From Octopus bimaculoides (taxonomy: Eukaryota): a stretch of DNA of 64,000 nt. This document shows, one piece after another, positions 50,496 to 62,336 of the stretch. The position numbers and the translations under genes were made by a program. How positions within the stretch are numbered: position 1 is the first letter of the stretch; each line of letters begins with the position of its first letter. The DNA is taken from the NCBI RefSeq assembly GCF_001194135.2, contig NC_068992.1, positions 33,282,243 through 33,346,242 on the forward strand. Reading direction: 5' to 3'. The notes under the pieces are model-generated. The model did no database searches, was not told where the DNA came from, and saw only the letters and a list, made by a program, of their open reading frames with translations.

Positions 50496-50532
<37 letters not shown>

Positions 50533-50838
50533 TTTGTTGTTTTTGTTGTTGATATTATTAGTGGTTGGGATGTTGTCATGATGGCAAGATTGTTGTTTCA
50601 ATTTCTTGACTGGATAGTGCATCATGTGCTTGAGCAAAACACTTCATCTCATGTGGCACTGTGATCACTTCAACGTCTGATGTGTGGTATACCATACACC
50701 TGTTCAAGCAATGTTAATTTTATGGAGGGAGTGAGCTAATGTATAACATATACGTTTAGTCACTATAAACAAATCTTTTGTGCAGGTCATTTGGCAAAAA
50801 GATGAACAATCATATGTCACCTTTAACGGAAGAGTCCA

Positions 50839-51068
50839 TTATTATTATTATTATTATTGGGTATATCAACAGAATTCCAGCTCTTCACATCCTGAGTTCA
50901 AACCATACTGAAATCCCCATTGCCATTCCATCCTTTTAGGGCTGATAAAAATAATGTTACAATAAAGACCTTAGGTTGGTTTAATCAACTCATCGCACCC
51001 CTAAAATTTGTGGTTTTGTGCCTACATTAGAAATGACTATTGTCATTAGTATTGATACAACCCTTTTT
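50839..51068 (+). repeat. ~230-bp local duplication, copy 2
   Basis: See 48961-49187. Confidence 0.92.
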
Positions 51069-52592
51069 TTTTTTTTTAGCATTTTAACATCATCCCTTTG
51101 CATGAGACATACTTTTAGAGAGTATATATGCCTTATGGAGAATAATAGAATACATTTGTCTTGTGAATGAAATACAGAGTATTATAGATAAATACTTTTG
51201 GTGTGACATCAGTGTATTCCAAATGATGTGTCATTTTATTTGTTAATGATGTGAAGATTTGGGTTTCAGTGAACCTTGTAAGCCTTATACATACCATTAT
51301 AAATTAAGTTTTCCTCCATATTTGACTGATATTTTATTAATTCAGTTTAGGAACAAATGACTTAAGTATAATTTGAACTCAAAATGTATAGAGCCAGAAT
51401 AAATATCACAAGCTTTTTATCCCACACACAAACAATTCTGCCTATCTGTCACTTTAGTCTTGTCAGAATAGTGGTAGGCAGAAACAGTAGAATGATAAAT
51501 TGCCTGAAGTTATTTGCCTGAAAGTACTGAGTTCAAATCACAAAGAGGTTGAATTCAATTATTATCTAATGCAAAGTTAATTAAGTACGTGGGGTTGATT
51601 GAATTGATTAACTCCATCCCTATAAAATGTTCCTCATGCTGTTATAACAGACAGTTATTAGCATTGCAATATCACCGAAAATTGATTTCTCACTTTACTT
51701 GTACTTCTTTCTTTGGCAGTGAATAATTTTCTTCTGCACCATTTCTAATTGCAGTCAACACTCATGTGGTAAAGACACTTCTCTAATAAAAGAATATGAT
51801 TTTTTTCAAGTGAGAGTTGTGAACTGTTTTAATCAATCATTATTTAAGAAATAGACAAGAAATGGAAAGAAGAGGTCTGAAACATCAGTTTAAAATATTG
51901 AAAGATTCTATGTAAAATATGATACAAAAAAGATGGTTTATAATCCTGACAGTTCTAGCTACTCAGGTAATAATTTGACATTGAACTATGGAGAAGAAAA
52001 ATATCAATAAAAATACTATGTTATAATTATTTAGACTCATGGTCAAACATTTATAGGGATGAAGTAAGCTTAACATTCGTGCACAAATGCATTTTTGTGT
52101 AGCAATTTTCCTCATTTACTTCAATAGGAAATTGTATGTAACACTGGATATCCATAAAAAATTCCTTTTAGACATGTTCAGGTTGTTCATAACATATGCA
52201 TATCAATGAGAAGTTTACCATGACTGTCATCATAATCTTCATCATCAGCATCATCACATCATGGTCATCAACTGCTAAAATTTACTTTCTCATGCTTGAA
52301 TGGATCAGATGAATTTTATTGATGCAGATTTTCTACAACTGGATGCTTCTCCTATCACCACCCTACACTGTTTCCGAGCTAGATGATATTTCTCACAATT
52401 CATTTAAATATGAATAGCACAATGACCAGAAATGCTTTCTGGAAGATTGCAGACAAATGGCAATGCTTGTATGTTGTTGATGTTTGTTAACATCTTTCCT
52501 TATGCAATATTAAGAGAAGATATAAACATATACATACATATGTGTCTGTATATCATCATCATTGTTTAATGCCTGCCTCCCATGCTAGCAAG

Positions 52593-53002
52593 TAATATTC
52601 ATAGCCACTTCAACATGGCTGTCTTTTCAAACAGACTCTACTGAGATTTTTTTTAACCCTAAGAGGACATATCCTCTAGCTGGTTAATGATGCAGAGTTG
52701 CATCTGATAAATTGTGAGTTGGGGGTGAAACTCTACCACCCACTTGGTGTTAAAAAAGCGCAGTTAAAATGTCTCTGGCAGATGAGGTATCCAGTACTGA
52801 AGAGTGGCAGAAATAGCCCGAAACCAGGACTTGTTTGCTGGTCCCATTGCTAGAAGGTGGTAGGAATTCGTTCCTTTGCTCGTAATTTATCAGATGCAGC
52901 TCTGCATCATTAACCAGCAAGAGGAGATGTCCTCTTGGAGTTGAAAAATCGCAGTAGAATCTCTTCAAACAGACAGCCATATTGAAGTGGATCTGAATAT
53001 TA
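52593..53002 (+). mobile_element. 410-bp fold-back element with a type-I hammerhead core in the loop
   Basis: Arms 52593-52740 and 52856-53002 are reverse complements. The loop carries CTGAAGA(52797-52803), GTGGC-loop-GCCC, GAAAC(52820-52824), ACCAG/CTGGT and GTC(52841-52843). Confidence 0.8.
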
Positions 53003-53265
53003 TATATATACTTTTCCACATATTTATACAGCACTCTCACTCTCTCTCTTTCTAAACACACACACACACACCTATACAAATATACATACATATATACATA
53101 CATATCTATTAAAGTATTTGGTAAACAATTTCTCCCTATTATATCCTCTAACATGTTTTTGACTGACTTGGTGCCAACATAATAAGTGTACATTAGTACA
53201 AATACACCAGTCTTTGGACACTACTCGATATTTTTTAACGTTCTGCCTGTAACTAAGATGCAGGC

Positions 53266-53654
53266 TCCACTTCTTTATTATTAGTCAATTGGTTGAGTAT
53301 CTATCCAACTAACTAATCGATTGTTTATTTAACATGTTGGTTAAAAAGTCAATGGGTTCGTTTGTTCAACAAAGTTCTTTCGTTGCTGTTTGCAACCTTT
53401 TCAGTGACTTCTGATCTTCCAACTCGCTTTGAAGGCTGTTTTCGTCTGTCTGAGACCCAGTCCGGTGTCTATGTGTATGTATACGGATGCTTGTATGTGT
53501 GTGCAGTTTAGATGATGGGTGAAGGTGAAGATAGACAAAAGTTTTGTATGTGTACGTGCATATGTGTGTGTACATGTGTGTGTGTGCATGTGTGTATATG
53601 GTTGTGTGTACTCCCTTGTGACTACTTGTATGTGTGTTTGTGTGTGTGTGTGTT

Positions 53655-53685
<31 letters not shown>

Positions 53686-54895
53686 GCGTGTACTAGACAT
53701 CTGTAACCTCTTTCAGGGTTCACTCTTTTGTCTTTATCATTTTATTTTTGTCTTTTGACTGCTGTAGAATAATGGGTTTATGATGTGAGGTGTGGGGTGT
53801 GTTTAGGGTGTAGTTCTTTCCTGTGGGGAGTGAGGACAAGGGGAGAGGGTAGGTTTAAGCATGAATATCTGTGTTACACCACCTTCCCATGTGTGCATTA
53901 AGAAATTTCTCTATTTTTCCAATATTCTTGTGGTGCAACCTCTTGCATATTATTGATGTGTTGTTACATGATCTGGACATAGTTCTACAGATATTTTGGC
54001 TAATTTGTCTGTAGGGAGGCACACTGTTTCCGAGCTCCTAACACACTGTTTTAGGCCAAGTTGGTGGACCTCCATCTTAATACGCTTCCTATTGGCATTG
54101 AGTCTACCTCTAGCAAAAGAAATTTCAGCCTCTGTATCACTGTCCATATGTGGTGGGATCTATACTCTTTTGTTAATAGGTAAATCTGTGTCATGTCGTA
54201 GGACTTGTTGTTGAGGTTATGGAAGGCAGTTTCTAGGATACCCTTGGTGTTACTATTGTCATTATCGTTGTGGTTACTGGTGATATGTTTGCTGTTAGTA
54301 GTGTTGTTGTTGTGGTTACTGTTGTTGCTATTCTTTTGCTGTGGGTATTATGGTTGTGTAGGTTTTGGATGTCCATATTATTGCTAGTATTGTTGTTGTT
54401 ACTGGTGGTAGTGTGGACGAGGTTGTGGTCATTGCTATTGTTGTTATTAGTATCATTGTTGCTGTGGGGGATGTTATGTTTATTGTTGTTATTATTGCTG
54501 TTGTTGGTGTCATTATTATTGCTGTTGTTGTATTTGCTGTTACTGTTGAAGGTGTTGTGGCTGTTTTGGCTTTGCATGTTTGTGTTGTTGCAATGTCCTA
54601 ATTTACATCCTATTTTTGTGAATGTCTTTTTGACCTCACCCACTCTTCTAAACTACACACACCCATACATACAAGCATCCATACGCACACAGACATAGGA
54701 CTGGCTCTCAGACAGATGAAAGCAACCTTCGAAATGAGTTACAAGATCACAAATCACTGAGAAGGGTGCAAACAACAACAAAAGAATCTTGATGGATAAG
54801 CAAACCAATTGATTGCTTAACCAATAGGCTAAGCAGTTGATTGATTAGTTAGTTGAATGAATATCTATTCAATTGACTAATAATAAATGAGTGGA
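53266..54895. mobile_element. Older inverted-repeat element (~285-bp arms) around a low-complexity/ORF-like spacer; possibly Penelope-derived
   Basis: 53266-53550 is approximately the reverse complement of 54605-54895. The arms carry a weak hammerhead-like motif. The spacer has a decayed minus-strand frame (…EISFARGRLNANRKRIKMEVHQL…) and (AAC)-rich repeats. Confidence 0.6.
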
Positions 54896-55892
54896 ATTAA
54901 ACCAGTGCATGTGTTATTACTATTGGCATAACAACTCTCCCAAGACAGAACAAAATTTGTTTCAATACATGAATTCTCATCAAGAATCTTGCAAACCAAA
55001 TAGAAGAATGAAATTAGATTTAACTTTAAAGGAAAAAAGTGTTAGTAAAGTAGGGATTGAATGTCAGTTGGGTGCCGTTTGTGGTATAAGTATTTGGACT
55101 TTGGAGAAAATTGTATAGTCTTATACATGGGAATAATTGGAAAAGAAAATTACTAAATAAATAAAACAAGTACAAACAGTGTAGTAAGCAAACCCCGTAT
55201 ACACATACACAAAACACACATAGACACACACACAGATACAAGCACAAATGCATGTGCAGAATGAGAAAGAAAATACATATCACAGAAAGACAAAATAGAA
55301 TAAGCAGAACAAGAGGAAACACGTAGGATAGAGAATTGCCGATGAGGTCACAGGATGTGTGACAAAAGAACTTTGACAAAGAAACTAAAATGACCATAAT
55401 AAAGGTGAAAAAAGACCCAATATATAGTGTGTGCATGTTTAATTAGCAAAATATGACCATACCTAAGAATAACAATATAGTGAAGATATATTGTGAATCA
55501 AAAAGTTGTAGAAAAAGGAAGAGTATAGAATAAAGTGAAGGAAGATAGAGGAATTGAAAATAAAGCAATAGATTAAAACAAATCAAAGAAGGGTTTTGTG
55601 TATAAGCAAGTAGCTTTATCTATGTAGGCATGGCATAAGAATCATTATTTAGCACGAATATAATTAATGAGGATTTCATTAAGAACTGTGGATCAGAATC
55701 AGTTAACATAATCTAATACAAGATTGTCTACTTGATTGAAATATCAACTCTAAAAGTCATGAACATAAGACAATTAGCAATTAATCAATAGATTTATAAT
55801 TTGTAGAATATGCATTGGACAGATTAACTTATCAATTTGCCTTTAAGCAATATCAAACTAACAGAGTACAATTTTAATAACTCTGCAAATTA

Positions 55893-56366
55893 CACTGGTT
55901 AGCAAACTAAATAAATAAATTAATAAATAGAAAATTAAAAAATAGAAATATTGTCAGAAATATTCCAATTAATTCATGGTAGTTTGAAGTTGCTGACTCT
56001 AAAAACGACATAGGTCTTACCAAATTGGCTCTAGTTTTGGAAGTAATAGATTCCTCTCAAAATATATCACATTCTTCAACATGACAAACAAAGACTTTTG
56101 CAAATCAGATTAAAATGCAGGTTTGGAATTAAGTTAGATCAGGGGTCATAATACTATCAAACTCTGTAACTCCACAAGTTAGGGATGCTATATTTGATAT
56201 CGCAGAAGCAATGAATTTTACTTACATATTTTCTGACATATGAAGCACAGATCAATTAACAATCTGTAATGATAGAAAAAATGAAGGAAAAAAACAAGAA
56301 TGCCTTTTAATCTATAAACTCTCTATAAGAATTATACAACTTTGTAAAATGTTTAATTTAGCTTAA
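55893..56366 (+). pseudogene. Stop-poor decayed reading frame; weak resemblance to a periplasmic-binding/ANF-receptor-type N-terminal domain
   Basis: One frame of ~158 codons has only 4 internal stops in AT-rich DNA: INKLINRKL...*FEVADSKND...LEVIDSS...*VRSGVIILSNSVTPQVRDAIFDIAEAMNFTYIFSDI. Confidence 0.25.
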
Positions 56367-56729
56367 TTTATTTTCCTCAAATTATACCATGCTGACAGTT
56401 TCAATGAAGGAGGAAATAGCACTATACATGGCTATCAATGACTAAAAACATATTCAAGATCTTTATTATATGTAAAAAAAGAATAATGAATATGTATATC
56501 CTGTACACTTTTTACTCTCTGATTCGAACTTCTGACCTCCAAACCCACCTCAACTTTATTTACTCTAGAAGGGATTGTCTTCCCTATGATAGTTGACCAC
56601 CTGGGATACACCATGTTTTTATCTACAAATTTTGTTCTTCTACAGATCATTATTTAATTAGATTACAGACCTTACTTTAAAATTGCCACTTAGATTGACT
56701 TTTAATATTAAGAAGTAAAATAGTTTATC

Positions 56730-58150
56730 ACAAAGAACTTGCTTGAATAATTCATGTATTTTGCTACATGTGTGACTGATATATACTAGCATAAAGCATA
56801 GAGAAATATCCCTAACTTTGACAAACATGCATTCTTTCTTCTTTGGAATAAAGTTTGGGATCCCTTGAAGGTAAATAAAGTTCATGGAGAGTTCCTTTGT
56901 TAATAGCCAGAAAAACAAACAAGAATTTATGTTTTGAAGTGCTTATGGTGTGTAAGGAACTGCAAAGCCACCACAGTGATTGTTATTCTTGTGTCATTAA
57001 TGTTAAAGACTTCAATTGCTATCAAAAGAAAAAAAATACATGGAAATAGCCTAAATTGGTATCTGTAAAGTAACCAGTACTATATAGCAAAGAAATTCCT
57101 ATACTAATGTTTACTGCTGTGCCTGACTTTTTTTTGTCAGATGTTGAAGAAATGTAGAGCTTGGGGCCTACCACAGATGGATTCTGTGAAAACAAATATG
57201 AAGTAAGTTTTTTGACCCCTAAAATGATCTGATATGTGACTTCAGTCTTTCAAAGGAGTCTACTGAACCTAAATATCCAGGCTACAAGAAAAGAACTGTT
57301 TACAACCAGAAGTTTAAGTAACAATCCATCAGAAATAGAGGAACACCTCTTCCTTACCTCATGAAAGAAGAAGATCTTGTCGACTGCAATAACAACCAAG
57401 GACTTTTTCTCTAAATGGGACTACCAGACTATTCACCACAAGATTTCTGGCATTTTATTGACAGTTCTACCAGAGTCTTGAAATGCGTTTTGTTACTCAA
57501 TGGGGATCACTTGCTATTTTTGCCATTGCTCATTCAATTAAACTTAATATAAAAATATTAAAACTGTCTTGCTGAAATTTTTGCTATCATGAGCATCAAA
57601 GTTCTCCTTGATTTGATCTAAAGACAGCGAATCTCTTGCTTGGACAGCAAAGTGGTTATACAAAATACCCTTGTTTCATGGAGTAGCAAAGCAAAGTGAG
57701 ATCATTGTCAAACTGTGAGATGGCCTTGAAGGAGACATTTGTTGTAGGGACAGTGAACATCATTAACAAACCATTCGTTCAAAAAGAAAACATCTTTCTC
57801 CCTCCACTCCATATCAAATTTAAACTGATGAGGCAAAGTGATTAAGTTTTGAATGATGACGGTGATAGCTTCAAGTACATTTGTAGATCATTTCTGGACT
57901 TGAGAATTGAAAAACTAAAAAGAAGAATATTTTCCAGTATTTCATACTTGTAAACACATCATAGATTCTAGTTTTCCAGTGTAGCCACTTGGACAGATTT
58001 CCAGAGATTTCACTGAAGAGCAAAGAAGTTTCATTAGGCTTTAAGAGTACTGGAAGACAGGTATCAAGGCAAATGGGACAAACATATGATGGCAGATGAC
58101 TATGTTGGAACAGAGCACTCACCACATGAAATATCATACAAGCAGCATTT
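56730..58150 (+). pseudogene. Decayed DNA-transposon transposase, probably Chapaev3 (CMC) type
   Basis: FCYMCD, FGIKFG, HHSDCYSC, FIDSS.R.LKCVLL, LLLGQQSGYTKYPCF, FLPPLHIK, and DRYQGKWDKHMMAD. The motif string is unambiguous; the family name is from recollection. Confidence 0.75.
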
Positions 58151-58169
58151 TTTTTTTTAGGATTGATTC

Positions 58170-58359
58170 ATATTTTCTTTTTTTATTTTACTTGTTTCAA
58201 TCATTTGAGTGTGGCCATACTGGAGTACAACCTTTGGTCAAACAAATTGACCGTAGTACTTATTCTATTAGTCATTTACTGAACTACTAAGTTACAAGGG
58301 ATGTAAACACACCAACATCAGTTGTCAAACGATGGTGGCGAACAAACACAGATACACAA

Positions 58360-58458
<99 letters not shown>

Positions 58459-58480
58459 ACAGGATTCTTTCAGTTTTTTG
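58170..58480 (-). mobile_element. Family-B SINE 3' part with a long (CA)n
   Basis: Reverse-complement match to family B. Confidence 0.8.
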
Positions 58481-58619
58481 TATATTTTGATATACTTGAC
58501 TTACCAAAGTTACTGTATTGTATTTTACACTATTATTGCTTAAAATGTCATTAAATATTTTATGTATATTTTTTCATGTTTAAACATTACAATATGGTCA
58601 ATATTTTGGTATTTTATGC

Positions 58620-58697
58620 TACAGGAAGTGTGGTGTCAAAACAGGAAGTTTTGACACCACACTTCCTGTTTTGACACCACACTTCCTACTTAACACA
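58620..58697. repeat. Second occurrence of the CAGGAAGTGTGGTGTCAAAA fold-back core (runs into a gap)
   Basis: The same 20-bp units occur in both orientations, followed by cttcctacttaacaca, which matches the 29.5-kb arm. Confidence 0.9.
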
Positions 58698-59513
58698 NNN
58701 NNNNNNNNNNNNNNNNNNNNNNNNNNNNNNNNNNNNNNNNNNNNNNNNNNNNNNNNNNNNNNNNNNNNNNNNNNNNNNNNNNNNNNNNNNNNNNNNNNNN
58801 NNNNNNNNNNNNNNNNNNNNNNNNNNNNNNNNNNNNNNNNNNNNNNNNNNNNNNNNNNNNNNNNNNNNNNNNNNNNNNNNNNNNNNNNNNNNNNNNNNNN
58901 NNNNNNNNNNNNNNNNNNNNNNNNNNNNNNNNNNNNNNNNNNNNNNNNNNNNNNNNNNNNNNNNNNNNNNNNNNNNNNNNNNNNNNNNNNNNNNNNNNNN
59001 NNNNNNNNNNNNNNNNNNNNNNNNNNNNNNNNNNNNNNNNNNNNNNNNNNNNNNNNNNNNNNNNNNNNNNNNNNNNNNNNNNNNNNNNNNNNNNNNNNNN
59101 NNNNNNNNNNNNNNNNNNNNNNNNNNNNNNNNNNNNNNNNNNNNNNNNNNNNNNNNNNNNNNNNNNNNNNNNNNNNNNNNNNNNNNNNNNNNNNNNNNNN
59201 NNNNNNNNNNNNNNNNNNNNNNNNNNNNNNNNNNNNNNNNNNNNNNNNNNNNNNNNNNNNNNNNNNNNNNNNNNNNNNNNNNNNNNNNNNNNNNNNNNNN
59301 NNNNNNNNNNNNNNNNNNNNNNNNNNNNNNNNNNNNNNNNNNNNNNNNNNNNNNNNNNNNNNNNNNNNNNNNNNNNNNNNNNNNNNNNNNNNNNNNNNNN
59401 NNNNNNNNNNNNNNNNNNNNNNNNNNNNNNNNNNNNNNNNNNNNNNNNNNNNNNNNNNNNNNNNNNNNNNNNNNNNNNNNNNNNNNNNNNNNNNNNNNNN
59501 NNNNNNNNNNNNN

Positions 59514-59885
59514 TTGTTTTTGAAAGTAGTGGTTTTCTGATTGCAGTCCTCCCATGAAATCTGACTTTGTGCAGCTCCTGGCGAACAGTTTTTGTGGAAA
59601 CTGAGTTCTCAGGATGGTCAATAAGTTTTGCAGTAATTTTAGGAGCTGTACTTTTGTGATCCTTTCTAACAATTCACATAAGAGTCTGACTATCCCTATC
59701 TGAAAATTTTGGTTTTCTTCCAAAGTGTTGTTTCGATAAAGAGTTTATTTCTTGATATACCAAACATTTCAGCTGTTTTCAATATACTAGTGCCTGCCAT
59801 AAGGGCACCAACAATTTGACTTCTTTGAAAGTGCAATAGATCTATCATTTTAATGAATCTTAATTACCTTTTTCTGATGATATCT
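59514..59885 (-). mobile_element. Tc1 transposase N-terminal fragment
   Basis: FQRSQIVGALMAGTSILKTAEMFGISR and GRKPKFSDRD...VSTKTVRQELHK..FHGRTAIRKPLLS. Confidence 0.88.
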
Positions 59886-59985
59886 GAAAAGAAACAGCAA
59901 TTTTAGCTGCTTATTAAGCAACTAATAATAAATCAAAAAATATTAAAAAAAACCCACACTTTTGACAGTTTTATANNNNNNNNNN

Positions 59986-60078
59986 ACCGCTAAGTTATGG
60001 GGACGTAAACACACCAGCATCAGTTGTCAAGCGATGTTGGAGTGACAAGCACAGACACACAAATATATACACACACAA

Positions 60079-60137
<59 letters not shown>

Positions 60138-60230
60138 TACGATGAGCTTCTTTCAGTTTCCGCCTACCAAATTCACTTACAAAGCTTTATTCGGGCAGAG
60201 GCTATAATAGAAGACACTTGCACAAAGTTG
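59986..60230 (-). mobile_element. Family-B SINE fragment
   Basis: Reverse complement of the family-B core and linker. Confidence 0.8.
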
Positions 60231-60277
60231 CTACACAGGCACAGGAGTGGATGTGTGGTAAGTAGCTTGCTTACAAA

Positions 60278-62336
60278 CGATGCATGCGTTGTTAGTTGGT
60301 CTGTTGTTTCCGAAGTGAAAGGACGTCAGCTTTTAGCTCTGTGAAGTGAAAGAAACAAGGTCGCTGTCAAGATAAGTGATTTTGTTTTTTCTGAGCTGGG
60401 TAGAATTATTGTGTTTTTATTTTTACAGTATTTTCTGCCCAGCTCTGGGGCATTTTTGCTTACTCTTGGTGGTATTGTGATTGTGCTTGCTAACAAGCAA
60501 GTGAAGAACTTCGAAGCAAATTTTCACTACAGTTATTTTGAAAAATTGGTGCTTGCAAGCTGTGCGTGGTTTTGAACCTGGAAACGTTGAAAGTGCTTTA
60601 CCAGGAGGATTATCAAGAGATTTGATGGCTGCAAGTGGGTTGGGAGTACCTTGTAGCCCAAAAATTGTATTTCTGTCATGGAGAATTGTAAAATATTTAT
60701 TTATTTTTCTGAACTGCTGTCTTCTCTTTCCTTTTGCTGAACAATTTTAGGTGGACTAGAATTTTATTTCCTCCAATTTTAGTTGAACTGTGGTTTAATT
60801 TTTATTGTGTTCAAAGACTTTTTGTTGTTTTTGGTTGAGTTACTTTTTCCTTTTTTGAACTGTGTTTTATCGACATGGCAGATAAAATGATAAAAAATAA
60901 GACCACTGCTTTGGAGTGGGAGATTGTCCCACCCAAGCAGTGACTTGAAGACCTTGAGAGGAGGACGGTGGTACTACAGACCTATTCTAGGTCACGTGAT
61001 GCCATCGCCCTCTACGACAAGGGTATTATTGATAAAGAGCTGGCAAATATTTTGCCAGCTAAAAATTACTTTGTGTCCAAGGGTGTCAAGTATGCAATGG
61101 TGTGGTTGCTTTTTGACACCCCTGAGGAAGCTTGCAATGCAGCAAGCCAGCCCCTAGGAGGGGAAGAGATTTTGTTCCTTCCCACTTATTGTGGGAAGAA
61201 AATAACGAGGGCTTGGGTATGTAGGCTACCACCTGGAATTCAGTCTGAATGGATCAAACAGACCATTCGTAGAAGTTTGGGAGGTAGCAGAACCAAGCTC
61301 CTCAGTGTCAGGGTTGAAGCCACGACCAATTGGGCAGGGTCAAAAGCAGTTCTGACCCTTTAAACCCAGTCAGTCAGAGACCTAGTATTCTCGGATTTTC
61401 TGGTAATGGCTGGGGCCAGATAGTCAGTGATTCTTGAGGCTCCCCACCACCCACCAAACTGTCACCTGTGCCTGGAACCAGGCTACATCAAAAAGAACTG
61501 CCCCCAGAGCCGAGGTTAGGCCCTGGAGCAGAAGAAAAAAGGAAAGGTGCCCTCCGCCTCCTCCCATCATCGGAGGGAGAGACGGAGGAAGTTGTGGAGG
61601 CGGTTGCCTCATCGAAAAGGTACAGAAAGGTGAGCAATAATGGTTGCTCACCAAAAGACACACAGGTTGCGGGAGAGGCCAATAGAGGCCCTGACTCTCA
61701 CAACCTCAAAGAAGAAATGGGAGATGGTCGGCAGAGGTTGCTGTGCTGCCAACAGATGCTGACGCTCTGCCGGTGGGATGTGCGCCACCAGCGCATGAGG
61801 CTCTGTCAGTAGGAATTGTGCCACTGTCAGAGCAGGCTAAGGCCCCTCCCCATGAGGTAGAGGTGGAACCCATCATTTTCTATCACAGGGGAGGGCCCGT
61901 TGAGAGATTCTTGGACAGTCTTCTTGACTGAGAATGTAATGAGTCGGTCTGCATAGACTGTCTAAGTTGACCTCTGCAGGCGGCTGCGGAGGTGAAAATG
62001 CAAAAAGAGCTTTTCGAGGTCATGGTGACTTTTGGAAAGGAAGAATTTGTTTTCCTCTTTCCGGGCCCCAACCTGCCGATGCAGGCTTTCCTGCAGGTGG
62101 CAGGGAACTTACTTGGGGGCTCGGTTGAGGAAGAGTAATGGAAATTTTGTATTGTAATTTTTGTGATATTTTGTTGATAAAAATGAATAAAAGAAGTGAT
62201 TTTGAGGGGTTATCGGTTGGCAGGCGCCAGTGCCCTTCTCATCCTCATCATAAATGTAATCATTTCACCTCATCCTTGTTGTGTCTAGCCCACAAGCTAC
62301 TCTGTGTTAGGCCCTTGTGGCCAATTTAATGAATAA
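60278..62336 (+). mobile_element. ORF1-only (HAL1-like) non-autonomous L1/Tx1-type retroelement
   Basis: Flanked by the direct repeat AAGTAGCTTGCTTAC (60260-60274 and 62337-62351). It has a ~600-bp T-rich 5' UTR, a single gag-like ORF, and a ~200-bp 3' UTR ending in AATAAA. No RT, endonuclease or LTR is present. Confidence 0.8.
60875..62138 (+). pseudogene. Gag-like ORF1 (RRM-like region plus CCHC zinc knuckle), ~420 codons, disrupted
   Basis: ATG at 60875 is in frame with ORF 60968..61363. It contains FDTPEEACNAASQPL and RAWVCRLPPGIQSEWIKQTI. The same frame continues through TAA/TAG stops to CHLCLEPGYIKKNC (61460-61501; Cx2Cx4Hx4C with H to Y). At least one frameshift occurs before the TAA at 62136-62138. 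Confidence 0.78.

Noticed and set aside
60278-62336. Gag-like ORF as part of an LTR retrotransposon or endogenous retrovirus
   Set aside because: It has no LTRs, PBS or PPT. It has a long TSD and an AATAAA/A-rich 3' end, which indicate target-primed (non-LTR) insertion. The adjacent TG...CA element is a separate insertion with its own TSD.
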